Below are positions 1 to 9,069 of a DNA stretch of 32,000 nt, in pieces. Both the position numbers and the translations under genes were made by a program. Below the pieces are notes generated by a model that was not told the DNA's origin, did not search any database, and saw only the letters and a program-made list of their open reading frames with translations. Source of the stretch: Methanocaldococcus jannaschii DSM 2661 (GTDB taxonomy: Archaea; AGJL01; Methanococci; Methanococcales; Methanocaldococcaceae); NCBI RefSeq assembly GCF_000091665.1, contig NC_000909.1, positions 1,404,118 to 1,436,117 on the forward strand, in the 5' to 3' direction. Position 1 is the first letter of the stretch; each line of letters opens with the position of its first letter.

Positions 1-194
1 TTAGTAGGTTGGGAGTAATTAACGAAAAAGCTAAATATGATGAGATTAAGGAAATATTTGAAAAAAATTTACCAAAAGATTTAGAAATATACAAAGAATA
101 TCACGCATTAATAGTAGAGCACTGTAAAAAGTTCTGTAGGAAAAAGGCATTATGTGATAACTGTCCAATTAAAGAATTCTGCCTCTCAAAGTAA
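1..194 (+). CDS. C-terminal fragment of an HhH-GPD / endonuclease III-family DNA glycosylase (5' part outside window)
   Basis: Frame of the listed 9..194 ORF is open to the window edge. The C-terminal Cys cluster FCRKKALCDNCPIKEFC (C-x5-C-x2-C-x5-C) resembles the [4Fe-4S] loop that ends EndoIII/MutY-type glycosylases. Confidence 0.55.
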   Translation, partial: SRLGVINEKAKYDEIKEIFEKNLPKDLEIYKEYHALIVEHCKKFCRKKALCDNCPIKEFCLSK

Positions 195-207
195 TTTTTT
201 GCTATCT

Positions 208-226
208 TTAAAAAAGTATATATATG
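208..226 (+). promoter_or_regulatory. Candidate archaeal BRE/TATA element for the hfq-like gene
   Basis: A-rich run followed by GTATATATAT about 55-65 nt upstream of the ATG at 280. Position and composition only. Confidence 0.3.
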
Positions 227-276
227 TGATTGAAAATTATAAGGGTTGATATTTATAAGATGTCAAAAGGTGGGAG

Positions 277-495
<219 letters not shown>

Positions 496-510
496 ATACT
501 AACTTCCCCA

Positions 511-530
511 TTCTTTTTTTCTCTTTTATT
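511..530 (+). terminator. Oligo-T archaeal terminator candidate after hfq
   Basis: TTCTTTTTTTCTCTTTTATT begins 16 nt after the stop codon. Archaeal termination typically uses T-runs. Confidence 0.4.
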
Positions 531-635
531 TATTATGTATAAATTTATAAAAATAAATATAAACTATTTTAGTTAAGTTTAAATTTTGGGAGGTTATTAT
601 ATTATTTTTTGCAAGTAGATTAAGGGGGATATTAT

Positions 636-929
636 ATGCCAAAGATGGTTTTATTACCAAGAATGACAATGGCTTTAGGAGGATATATTAGAGAAACTAC
701 CTTTCCTTATGAAGAGGATGATGAAGTAAAGCCCTTCCCATACAGAAATGTTATAGTTGGGAATCCAACAGATGAACCGATAAAGATAGAAGTTCCTGCT
801 TATAATGAAGGTTGGATAGAGAGGCATAAAAAGTTAGGATTAATTGTTGTTCCTGTTAATGAGGATGATGACTTTGTTGGATTGTTTCAAATGGTCAAAG
901 AGAAGGTAAAAAATGCTAAAAGGGAATAA
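636..929 (+). CDS. Conserved hypothetical protein (97 aa)
   Basis: ORF preceded by SD-like AAGGGGGAT; normal amino-acid composition. Its stop lies 3 nt before the next start, suggesting an operon with the HAD gene. No motif recognised. Confidence 0.7.
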   Translation: MPKMVLLPRMTMALGGYIRETTFPYEEDDEVKPFPYRNVIVGNPTDEPIKIEVPAYNEGWIERHKKLGLIVVPVNEDDDFVGLFQMVKEKVKNAKRE

Positions 930-932
930 AAT

Positions 933-1619
933 ATGATAAAGGGAATTTTGTTTGATTTAGACGATACCTTATATAATTCATCAGAATTTGTAGAGATTGC
1001 AAGAAGAGAAGCAGTTAAATCAATGATAGATGCTGGTTTAAATATAGATTTTGAAGAAGCAATGAACATATTAAACAAAATCATTAAGGACAAAGGTTCA
1101 AATTATGGAAAGCATTTTGATGATTTAGTTAAAGCTGTTTTAGGAAAATATGACCCAAAAATAATAACTACTGGAATAATAACCTACCATAACGTTAAAG
1201 TAGCATTATTAAGGCCTTATCCACACACAATAAAGACATTAATGGAACTTAAGGCAATGGGATTAAAGTTGGGGGTTATAACTGATGGATTAACTATAAA
1301 GCAATGGGAAAAGCTTATTAGATTAGGAATTCATCCATTCTTTGATGATGTTATAACCTCAGAGGAATTTGGTTTAGGAAAGCCTCACTTAGAGTTTTTT
1401 AAATATGGATTAAAGAGAATGGGTTTAAAAGCAGAAGAAACAGTATATGTTGGAGATAGGGTTGATAAGGATATAAAACCAGCTAAAGAGTTGGGGATGA
1501 TAACAGTTAGGATATTGAAGGGCAAATATAAAGACATGGAAGATGATGAATATAGCGATTACACAATAAACTCCCTTCAAGAGCTTGTAGATATTGTTAA
1601 AAATTTAAAAAAGGATTAA
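933..1619 (+). CDS. HAD-superfamily phosphatase (subfamily IA-like)
   Basis: Motif I FDLDDTL (DxDxT), motif II VITDG, motif III Lys (GLGKP), motif IV GDRVDKD. From memory the M. jannaschii homologue was assigned a sugar-phosphate phosphatase activity; substrate not inferable here. Confidence 0.85.
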   Translation: MIKGILFDLDDTLYNSSEFVEIARREAVKSMIDAGLNIDFEEAMNILNKIIKDKGSNYGKHFDDLVKAVLGKYDPKIITTGIITYHNVKVALLRPYPHTIKTLMELKAMGLKLGVITDGLTIKQWEKLIRLGIHPFFDDVITSEEFGLGKPHLEFFKYGLKRMGLKAEETVYVGDRVDKDIKPAKELGMITVRILKGKYKDMEDDEYSDYTINSLQELVDIVKNLKKD

Positions 1620-1644
1620 AATATAAAATTTTTTGGGGATAACA

Positions 1645-2409
1645 ATGTTTAAGGAATTTAAAGCACTGTTGTCATTTTTTACAAGGATTCCAATCTATGT
1701 AGAAGATTTTGATTTTGAAAACATTGCCAACTATTTTTATCTGATTATTTTAATTGGATATGTGTTTGGAATTTTTAGTTTGATATTAGGTTATATTTTT
1801 AGTTTTTTGCTCCCCAATTTTTTATCTGCTGTTTTAATTTTGTTTTTTATTGAATATTTAAACGGATTCCACCATATAGATGGTTTAATTGACTTTGGAG
1901 ATGGGTGGATGGCTGTTGGAGATAAGAGAAAGAAATTAATGGCTATGAAAGATAGATATATTGGCTGTGGAGGAGTAGTTTTTGCAATATTTTTTAATTT
2001 AATGGCAGTCATATCATTATCTTATATTTTAGACATTAATATCCTATATCTATTGGTTGGAGAGGTTTGTGCAAAGCTTGGAATGCTAAGCTGTTCAACC
2101 TTTGGAAATCCTTTAATTGAAGGAACTGGGAGATACTTTGTTAAAAAGGCAGATGAAAAATTTTTAACAATTGGTATTATTTTATCTCTCCCATTACTTT
2201 TAATATTCAGTGGGATTGAAAGGAAGATAGTTATTATTGCCATAATAACGACAATAATTACTGGCTTATGTATGGCTAAAATAGCCAAAAGACATTTTGG
2301 AGGAGTTAATGGAGATGTTTTAGGAGCTTCAAATGAAATAACAAGAGTTGTTGTTTTATTATCAATTATAGCAAGTATTAAAGTATTTAGTATATATTTA
2401 TTAGGTTAA
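1645..2409 (+). CDS. cobS: Adenosylcobinamide-GDP ribazoletransferase (cobalamin-5'-phosphate synthase, CobS)
   Basis: Polytopic membrane protein with the N-terminal FFTRIP motif and the [10 protein letters not shown] segment typical of CobS/CobV. The ATG at 1645 has GGGG 7 nt upstream, so it is preferred over the TTG at 1633. Confidence 0.85.
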
Positions 2410-2428
2410 AATGATTAGAGGGAGGATT

Positions 2429-3034
2429 ATGAGAAAATTCCTAATACTATCTATGTTAATCTTCACAACTCTATGTGGCTGTGTTGATTTCTCATCCTCT
2501 AATTCTAACGGTTATTATCATGATAGTTGGAGTTATAATAATTACACTTCTTTTGTAGATACTCATGAACACTACTACGGAAAGGTTGTTAAGGTTGTAG
2601 ATGGAGACACTGTTTATGTTGAAGTTAATGGGGAATTATGGAAGATTAGGCTTTTAGGGGTAGATACTCCAGAAATTCACAAGAGAAACAACCCGTATGA
2701 ATATTATTTATTAAATGGAACACCGATAACAGATACAAAATACTTAAAAGAATGGGGCTATAAAGCTAAGCATTTTGCAGAAAAAGAACTTAAAAATAAA
2801 ACAGTTATAATTGTCTTTGATAATGAAGCCCCAAAGAAAGATAAATATGGGAGATATTTAGCATACATCTTTATAAATAATAGTAATAATTTAATAAACT
2901 TCAATGAAGAGCTTTTAAAGTATGGATATGCAAGGGTTTATATAAGTAATTTTGAGTTAAAGGATGAATTCTTAAATGTTGAGAGGGAAGCTAAAGAAAA
3001 TAGAGTGGGTTTATGGAATTGGAGCAATAACTAA
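2429..3034 (+). CDS. Secreted/lipoprotein staphylococcal-nuclease (thermonuclease)-like nuclease
   Basis: Signal peptide ending in lipobox-like LCGC. SNase hallmarks VVDGDTV, RLLGVDTPE, GRYLAYI, EREAKENRVGLW. The ATG at 2429 follows GAGGGAGG; the listed ORF starts at 2411. Confidence 0.85.
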   Translation: MRKFLILSMLIFTTLCGCVDFSSSNSNGYYHDSWSYNNYTSFVDTHEHYYGKVVKVVDGDTVYVEVNGELWKIRLLGVDTPEIHKRNNPYEYYLLNGTPITDTKYLKEWGYKAKHFAEKELKNKTVIIVFDNEAPKKDKYGRYLAYIFINNSNNLINFNEELLKYGYARVYISNFELKDEFLNVEREAKENRVGLWNWSNN

Positions 3035-3040
3035 GGGGAG

Positions 3041-3193
3041 TTTTATGGAAGGGAGAACTTATGCATTATCATGAACCTTTAATAAAGGTTCATCAAAATG
3101 AGTGGGGCTTCACTTCGTTCAGCTCCACTTTATTTATAGCTACAAAAGTAATGGAGTGATTTTTTATGGAAGGAAAAGCCTATGCATTAGCAT
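3041..3193. repeat. Palindromic repeat element (MJRE-like) flanked by a 32-bp imperfect direct duplication of the aroK SD/start region
   Basis: 3041-3072 vs 3162-3193 are 27/32 identical without gaps. Perfect hairpin ATGAACCTTT-AAT-AAAGGTTCAT at 3071-3093; hairpin AGTGGGGCT-(11 nt)-AGCTCCACT at 3101-3129. Confidence 0.8.
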
Positions 3194-4014
3194 CTGGGAC
3201 AATAATAAACGCTATAGCAACAGGTAAGGGTTCAGCTTTTGGATTAGATTTAAAGGTTTATGCCAAAGTTAAACTTATAGATGATGGAAAAAACAAAATA
3301 GAGGGTAAAGTTTTAGATAATCCAAACATTAAGCCAAATTTAATAGTAAGATGTGTCAAAAATACTTTAGATTATTTTGGGCTGAATTACTCTGCCTATG
3401 TTGAAACAAAGACAGAAATTCCTATAAAATCTGGATTGAGTAGTAGTTCAGCCACTTCTAACGCAGTTGTTTTGGCAACATTTGATGCATTAGGGGAAAA
3501 AATAGATGATGAGCTAATATTAAATTTAGGGATAAAATCAAGTTTTGATGAAAAATTAACTGTTACTGGAGCTTATGATGATGCTACTGCATCATACTAT
3601 GGGGGAATAACAATAACTGACAATATAGAAAGAAAAATTTTAAAAAGAGATAAGATGAGAGATGATTTAAACGTCTTAATATTAATTCCAAATTTAGAAA
3701 AGAATGTTGATGTAAATAGAATGAAGCTAATAAAGGATTATGTTGAAATTGCCTTTAATGAGGCTATAAATGGAAACTATTTCAAAGCTTTATTTTTAAA
3801 TGGAATTCTTTATGCATCAGCTTTAAACTTTCCAACAAACATAGCAATAGACGCATTAGATGCTGGGGCAATAACAGCCGGTTTATCTGGAACAGGTCCA
3901 AGTTATATAGCCATGGTTGAAGATGAAAATGTTGAAAAGGTAAAAGAAAAATTAAATAGGTATGGAAAGGTTATTTTAACTAAACCAAACAATGATGGAG
4001 CTTCTATTTACTAA
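3166..4014 (+). CDS. aroK: Archaeal GHMP-family shikimate kinase
   Basis: GHMP kinase phosphate-binding motif [11 protein letters not shown]. Length and sequence match the non-orthologous archaeal shikimate kinase first identified in M. jannaschii. Confidence 0.9.
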   Translation: MEGKAYALASGTIINAIATGKGSAFGLDLKVYAKVKLIDDGKNKIEGKVLDNPNIKPNLIVRCVKNTLDYFGLNYSAYVETKTEIPIKSGLSSSSATSNAVVLATFDALGEKIDDELILNLGIKSSFDEKLTVTGAYDDATASYYGGITITDNIERKILKRDKMRDDLNVLILIPNLEKNVDVNRMKLIKDYVEIAFNEAINGNYFKALFLNGILYASALNFPTNIAIDALDAGAITAGLSGTGPSYIAMVEDENVEKVKEKLNRYGKVILTKPNNDGASIY

Positions 4015-4158
4015 TTTTAATTTTTTATTTTTTATGAAATTTATCATGATTTTTAATGACAAATTATAAATACTAAAATTGTAATAATGTAGTAATAAAA
4101 TCTACAAAAAATTAGCACTAAAGTAGTTATTATAAGTTATTAATATTACGGTGGTGTT

Positions 4159-7100
4159 ATGAAAATCACATTTTATATGTGGGCATCTTATTGCTCAATA
4201 TTAAAAAAGGCGTTGGATGAGCTTAAAAAAGAAGGAGTAGATGTTGAATATAAAATATATTCTAACAGAAATCCAATTGATGATGAGTTTTTAGAGGATG
4301 CAAAAGATTATGATTTAGTTTTTATTTATAGAACATCATCAGATGATATTGATTTAGAGAAGATAAAGAAGTTCAATGAAAACGTTATAGTTGTTGCCCA
4401 AGACCCAAACTTTTGGAATTCTGAAAAATCTGCTAAATGTTATTTATTTATAACTTATGGAGGTTTAGATAACTTCAAAAATATGGTTTTATATCTAATG
4501 GGTAAAGATAAAGATGTTGTAAAGCATCCATTCCAAGGTATCTATTATAGAGGCAAAATTTATGAAGAATTAGAAGAATTTTTAAAAGACGTTGAGTTTA
4601 ATAAAAAATATACGGTGGGGATTTTATTCTCAAGGCATTATTTAGTTAATGATGATATGGATGTTATTGAGAAGCTATTAAATAGATTGGACAAAGAATT
4701 CAATGTAATTCCAGTATTTTCCTATGGAGCTAAGTGTGAGGATTTAAATGCCTTAGGTAGTGGAGAGAGTGTTTTAAAATACTTCCTTAAAGATGATAAG
4801 CCAATAATAGACGCCTTAATCAATCTACTGTCATTTCCATTGGGAACTGTAAAAGATAAGGCTAATTTAAACAAAATCTCTGGAGTAGAGATACTTAAAA
4901 AGTTAGATGTGCCAGTATTTCATCCAATAATGAGTTATTATAAAAGCTATGAGGATTGGAAAAAAGATGAGCAAGGTTTATCTGCAGATATTGGTTGGAC
5001 TATAGCCTTGCCAGAGTTTGAAGGGGTTATAGAACCGATTATCATTGGAACTACTGAAAATGAGAACGGCTTAGAGAAGAAGTTTGGTATTGAGGAAAGG
5101 ATAGACAAAGTTGTTAGAAGAATAAAGAGATGGATTGAGCTAAAATACAAACCTAAGAAAGATAGAAAGGTTATATTTATATTGCATAACAATGCATGTG
5201 CATCTGTTGAGGCAACTGTGGGAAGTGCTGCCCATTTAGACAGCTTTCAAAGTGTTATAAACATAATGAAGAAGTTGAAGGAAGAGGGCTACTATGTAGA
5301 AAATATTCCAGAAAATGGAGAGGAGTTAGCTCAGCTAATTATGCAGAAGAAGGCAATTTCAGAGTTTAGATGGACTACCGTAAATGAGATTATAGCTAAA
5401 GGAGGATATCTATACTTAATGGATGAAGAAGAGTATTATGAATACTTCAACACACTGCCAGAGAATGTAAAAAATAAAATTTTAGAAACATGGGGAGATT
5501 TAAATGGTAAAGACATCCCAGCAGGAATGATTTATAAAGTTAATGGAAAAAATAAGATAGTTATAACTGGTTTAAAGTTTGGGAATGTCTATGTTTGTGT
5601 TCAACCAAAAAGAGGATGTGCTGGGGCAAGATGTGATGGAAGAGTTTGTAAGATATTACACGACCCTTATTGCCCACCAACTCATCAATATATAGCATCA
5701 TATAAATATTTTAATGACATTGCTGACATAATAATCCACGTTGGTACTCATGGAACTTTGGAATTTTTACCTGGAAAAAACGTTGGTTTATCTAACGAAT
5801 GCTATCCAGACATCTGTATTGGAGATATTCCTCATCTCTATATTTATAATTCAGATAATCCACCAGAGGGAACTATAGCAAAGAGAAGAAGCTATGCAAC
5901 TATTATTGATCACATGCAAACAGTTATGGTTGATGCATTTTATGAAGAGTTGGAGACATTAGATAGCTATATAGAGGAGTATTTAAAGGAGATGGATGCT
6001 TCAAGAAGGCATCAGTTAGAGCATTTGATAGTTGAGGAAGTTAAAAAAACCAATTTATTGAAAATTAAAGAAAAAATTGAGAAGATTGAAAAAGAAGGGA
6101 AAATCCATGAGAACTTTAAAGAGATATTTGATGAGCTAAGAGATATCTTAGAGATGATAAAGAACTCGAAGTGCAATGATGGAATGCATATCTTTGGAGA
6201 ACTTCCAAGTGGAGAGAAGAGAGTTGAGTTTATAAAGAGTATTTTAGAGGCGATATTCATCCAGAATAATACTATGAATAGTAAAAGGAGAGGCATTGCC
6301 GAGCGAAGCGAGGCAATGCATCCGGGGTATCCCAATAGGGGGCTTCCCCCTATGGAGTTTGAGTATAAAGATAAAAACCTAAAGAAGAAAGTTTCAGATG
6401 TATTAAATGGAAAGAGTATAGAAGATAAAAAATTAGAGGAGAAGATTAAGGATATCAATGAGAGAATTGAAAAATCAGATGAGATTGGCTCTTTGTTGAG
6501 AGGCATTGATGCCAAATATATAGAGCCAGGGCCTTCTGGGCTGATAACAAGAGGAAACTATGATATCTTACCAACAGGAAGGAACTTTTACTCATTAGAC
6601 CCATACCGAATTCCTACGAAATCTGCTTATAGAGTAGGGGTTTTATTAGCTGAAAAATTAATTAATAGATATTTAGAGGAGGAGGGAAGGTATCCTGAAA
6701 ACATAGCTCTATATTGGATGGCATCTGATATAATGTGGGCTGATGGGGAAGGAATGGGGATGATTTTATATCTATTGGGTGTTAAGCCAGTTTATAGAGG
6801 AGGGAGAGTTGTTGGCTTAGAAGTTATTCCATTGGAGGAGTTGGGAAGACCAAGGATTGATGTAACCATTAGAGTTAGTGGAATAACAAGGGATATGTTC
6901 CCAAACTGCATAGAGCTTGTTGATGAGGCAATAATGAAAGTTGCTAACTTAGATGAGCCATTGGAGATGAACTTTGTAAAGAAGCATGTTGTTGAGAACT
7001 TAAATAAAGGCCTATCATTTAGAGAATCAACATTTAGAATCTTCTGCTCTCCTCCTGGCACTTATGGAAATGGTGTTAAATATGCAGTGTATGCAAGTGC

Positions 7101-7839
7101 ATGGGAAAATGATGAAGATTTAAAAGATGCATTTATCTACTGGAACTCCTATGCCTATGGAAAGGATGTCTATGGAAAGAAGGCGATTAATGCATTTGAA
7201 AATATATTAAAGACAGTTGATTTAACATTTAATAAAGTTGTTACAGATGAGTATGATTTATTTGGATGTTGTTGCTACTTTGGAACGCATGGAGGTTTAA
7301 CAAATGCCGCAAGGGTTTTAAAAGGAGAAGAGGTTAAGGCATATTATGGAGATACAAGAAATCCAAACAATGTTGAAGTAAGAACTTTAAAAGAAGAAAT
7401 TGAGAGAGTTAGCTTAACAAAACTCTTAAATCCAAAGTGGATTGAGGGAATGAAGAGGCATGGCTACAAAGGAGCTGGAGATATAGCCAAGAGAATTGGC
7501 AGAGTTTATGGCTGGAGTGCTACAACAAAAGAGGTTGAGAATTGGATATTTGATGAGATATTTAATACGTTCGTGAAAAATGAAGAGAATAGAAAGTTCT
7601 TTAAGGAACACAACATCTATGCCTTAGAAGAGATTGCAAGGAGATTGTTGGAGGCTTATCAAAGAGGATTGTGGAAAACAACTGAAGGGAATATAGAGGA
7701 GCTAAAAAGGGCTTATTTAGAGATTGAGGGAGATATTGAAGAAACCTATAGTAGTATAGCAGATATTGGTGAATTCCAAGGAGGTAGTGTAGATATTGAC
7801 ATGATTTGGAAGGAAAAGCTTATGAGTAATGGGAGATAA
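4159..7839 (+). CDS. cobN: CobN / Mg-chelatase H-family large chelatase subunit
   Basis: 1226-aa ORF with the family signature HVGTHGTLEFLPGK and colinear CobN-like regions. Contains an in-frame GC-rich palindromic insert (separate feature). Confidence 0.9.
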   Translation: MKITFYMWASYCSILKKALDELKKEGVDVEYKIYSNRNPIDDEFLEDAKDYDLVFIYRTSSDDIDLEKIKKFNENVIVVAQDPNFWNSEKSAKCYLFITYGGLDNFKNMVLYLMGKDKDVVKHPFQGIYYRGKIYEELEEFLKDVEFNKKYTVGILFSRHYLVNDDMDVIEKLLNRLDKEFNVIPVFSYGAKCEDLNALGSGESVLKYFLKDDKPIIDALINLLSFPLGTVKDKANLNKISGVEILKKLDVPVFHPIMSYYKSYEDWKKDEQGLSADIGWTIALPEFEGVIEPIIIGTTENENGLEKKFGIEERIDKVVRRIKRWIELKYKPKKDRKVIFILHNNACASVEATVGSAAHLDSFQSVINIMKKLKEEGYYVENIPENGEELAQLIMQKKAISEFRWTTVNEIIAKGGYLYLMDEEEYYEYFNTLPENVKNKILETWGDLNGKDIPAGMIYKVNGKNKIVITGLKFGNVYVCVQPKRGCAGARCDGRVCKILHDPYCPPTHQYIASYKYFNDIADIIIHVGTHGTLEFLPGKNVGLSNECYPDICIGDIPHLYIYNSDNPPEGTIAKRRSYATIIDHMQTVMVDAFYEELETLDSYIEEYLKEMDASRRHQLEHLIVEEVKKTNLLKIKEKIEKIEKEGKIHENFKEIFDELRDILEMIKNSKCNDGMHIFGELPSGEKRVEFIKSILEAIFIQNNTMNSKRRGIAERSEAMHPGYPNRGLPPMEFEYKDKNLKKKVSDVLNGKSIEDKKLEEKIKDINERIEKSDEIGSLLRGIDAKYIEPGPSGLITRGNYDILPTGRNFYSLDPYRIPTKSAYRVGVLLAEKLINRYLEEEGRYPENIALYWMASDIMWADGEGMGMILYLLGVKPVYRGGRVVGLEVIPLEELGRPRIDVTIRVSGITRDMFPNCIELVDEAIMKVANLDEPLEMNFVKKHVVENLNKGLSFRESTFRIFCSPPGTYGNGVKYAVYASAWENDEDLKDAFIYWNSYAYGKDVYGKKAINAFENILKTVDLTFNKVVTDEYDLFGCCCYFGTHGGLTNAARVLKGEEVKAYYGDTRNPNNVEVRTLKEEIERVSLTKLLNPKWIEGMKRHGYKGAGDIAKRIGRVYGWSATTKEVENWIFDEIFNTFVKNEENRKFFKEHNIYALEEIARRLLEAYQRGLWKTTEGNIEELKRAYLEIEGDIEETYSSIADIGEFQGGSVDIDMIWKEKLMSNGR
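6283..6357 (+). repeat. GC-rich palindromic repeat element inserted in frame within cobN (MJRE-like)
   Basis: 38 of 60 nt are G/C in 6291-6350 versus 15 of 50 in 6241-6290. Hairpins GCATTGCC-GAGCGAAGCGA-GGCAATGC (6293-6319) and CC(A)ATAGGGGG-CTT-CCCCCTATGG (6332-6355). Reading frame stays open (..KRRGIAERSEAMHPGYPNRGLPPME..). Confidence 0.75.
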
Positions 7840-8049
7840 ATTGGACTATTTTTATTTTTGTAAAATTTTTACCTTTTATATAACTTTAAAAAATTAAATT
7901 ACTTATTTATAATATTTTAGCTGGATAATATTTTCACAATTTGTATTATTATCAATAATTTCCATAGCCAAAATTAAAAATTGTAAAGATAGAAAATTTA
8001 TATAAGCATGACAAGCATAAGAATTTTTATAAAGTTCTACGGTGGGACT

Positions 8050-8616
8050 ATGAGGAAATTTTTAATATTTTTAATATTTTTGAGTGTTTTAGGATGTGGC
8101 ATAACCATTAGCGGATGCATTGGAGGAAAGAATGTTGAAGAGATTCAAAATATGCAAGAACAGGTAGTGCAACAACAACAAAATGAAAACCAGGAAGAAT
8201 ATCAAAATGAAGATGAAGGGGTTGATTACAATTCAATAAGGGATGTCCAGCCAATAGGAACTGCAAAAGAAGCTGATGAGAAAATTAGACCAATATTAAA
8301 TGAAGTGTTTGGAGAAGTTAAATTAATGGAATATGTTTCAACAGGAAAGCAAAATGAAGGAGAGTCTATTGTATTGACTTATGTTCCAAAGAGAAAAATA
8401 ACCACTAATGATTTTGAAAAGCTGAATGAGGCAATAAAAAAATCTGGATATTTTGAAAGTAGTGGAGGAATAGCAGGAGGAGGGCAATCTGGAGAAGGAA
8501 TGGTGTTATGGTATGTTTCAAAAGACAATAAATCTGCAATACAAATAATTTTATATCCAGATACAAATGAAATCGTTGTTGGATACTACAAAGGTAAGAT
8601 ATACTCTTCACAATAA
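8050..8616 (+). CDS. Putative lipoprotein, Gln/Glu-rich N-terminal linker
   Basis: MRKFLIFLIFLSVLGCG signal with lipobox-like Cys. GGTGGG lies upstream of the ATG at 8050; the listed ORF starts at 8008. No catalytic motif recognised. Confidence 0.7.
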   Translation: MRKFLIFLIFLSVLGCGITISGCIGGKNVEEIQNMQEQVVQQQQNENQEEYQNEDEGVDYNSIRDVQPIGTAKEADEKIRPILNEVFGEVKLMEYVSTGKQNEGESIVLTYVPKRKITTNDFEKLNEAIKKSGYFESSGGIAGGGQSGEGMVLWYVSKDNKSAIQIILYPDTNEIVVGYYKGKIYSSQ

Positions 8617-8661
8617 AATTCATCCTTTTTATAAAAATTTACGTATATATAGGTGATATTT

Positions 8662-8985
8662 ATGGGAAAAACTTCACTCGGTTTAGATGAAAATATTGAA
8701 GGAGCGTTATGTTATCTATTTGGAGTAATAACTGGAATATTGTTCTATATATTAGAAAAGGAAAGTAAATTTGTTAAATTTCATGCAGTTCAATCCATAA
8801 TACTATTCGGAGGACTTTGGGTTTTATCAATAATATTGGCATTTATACCCTATGGATGGATGCTAAGTGGTCTGGTAAATTTGGCAGCTTTTATTTTGTG
8901 GATTGTGTGTATGTATAAGGCATACAAAGGAGAGAAGTTTAAGCTTCCAGTAATTGGAGATATAGCAGAGCAGTATTCACAATAA
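8662..8985 (+). CDS. Small integral membrane protein (three predicted TM helices)
   Basis: Hydrophobic segments in a 107-aa ORF. AGGTGA lies 5 nt upstream of the ATG at 8662; the listed ORF starts at GTG 8653. Confidence 0.65.
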   Translation: MGKTSLGLDENIEGALCYLFGVITGILFYILEKESKFVKFHAVQSIILFGGLWVLSIILAFIPYGWMLSGLVNLAAFILWIVCMYKAYKGEKFKLPVIGDIAEQYSQ

Positions 8986-9069
8986 TTTTTAACTTTTGTC
9001 TATTTTTATGGATTTCTATAGAAATTTAAAAAATTAAACCGTTTTTTATAAATATCTTTTATGCAGTTA

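Noticed and set aside
4015-4158. Cobalamin riboswitch upstream of cobN (and 1620-1644 upstream of cobS)
   Set aside because: The regions are almost entirely AT with no GC-rich helices or B12-box-like core.
4031-4182. Possible duplication of the cobN start (TTATGAAATTTATCATGATTTTTAATG at 4032-4058 vs TTATGAAAATCACATTTTATATG at 4156-4178)
   Set aside because: It needs two gaps, is almost pure AT, and has no palindromic GC-containing insert between the copies. Not distinguishable from chance similarity of AT-rich gene starts.
6262-6375. Flanking direct repeat around the cobN in-frame insert (CTATGAATAGTAAAAGG vs CTATGGAGTTTGAGTATAAAG)
   Set aside because: Only short patches match (CTATG, AGTA, AAAG), and the ungapped comparison at the 78-nt period is poor. 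Unlike the three intergenic cases, I cannot support a duplication here.
6012-6515. 167-aa minus-strand ORF, and similar antisense ORFs at 4947-5192, 6792-7061 and 7426-7611 inside cobN
   Set aside because: Ser/Ile/Leu/Phe-rich low-complexity translations. This is typical of the antisense strand of AT-rich Lys/Glu-rich genes. They have no SD and lie fully inside a well-supported gene.
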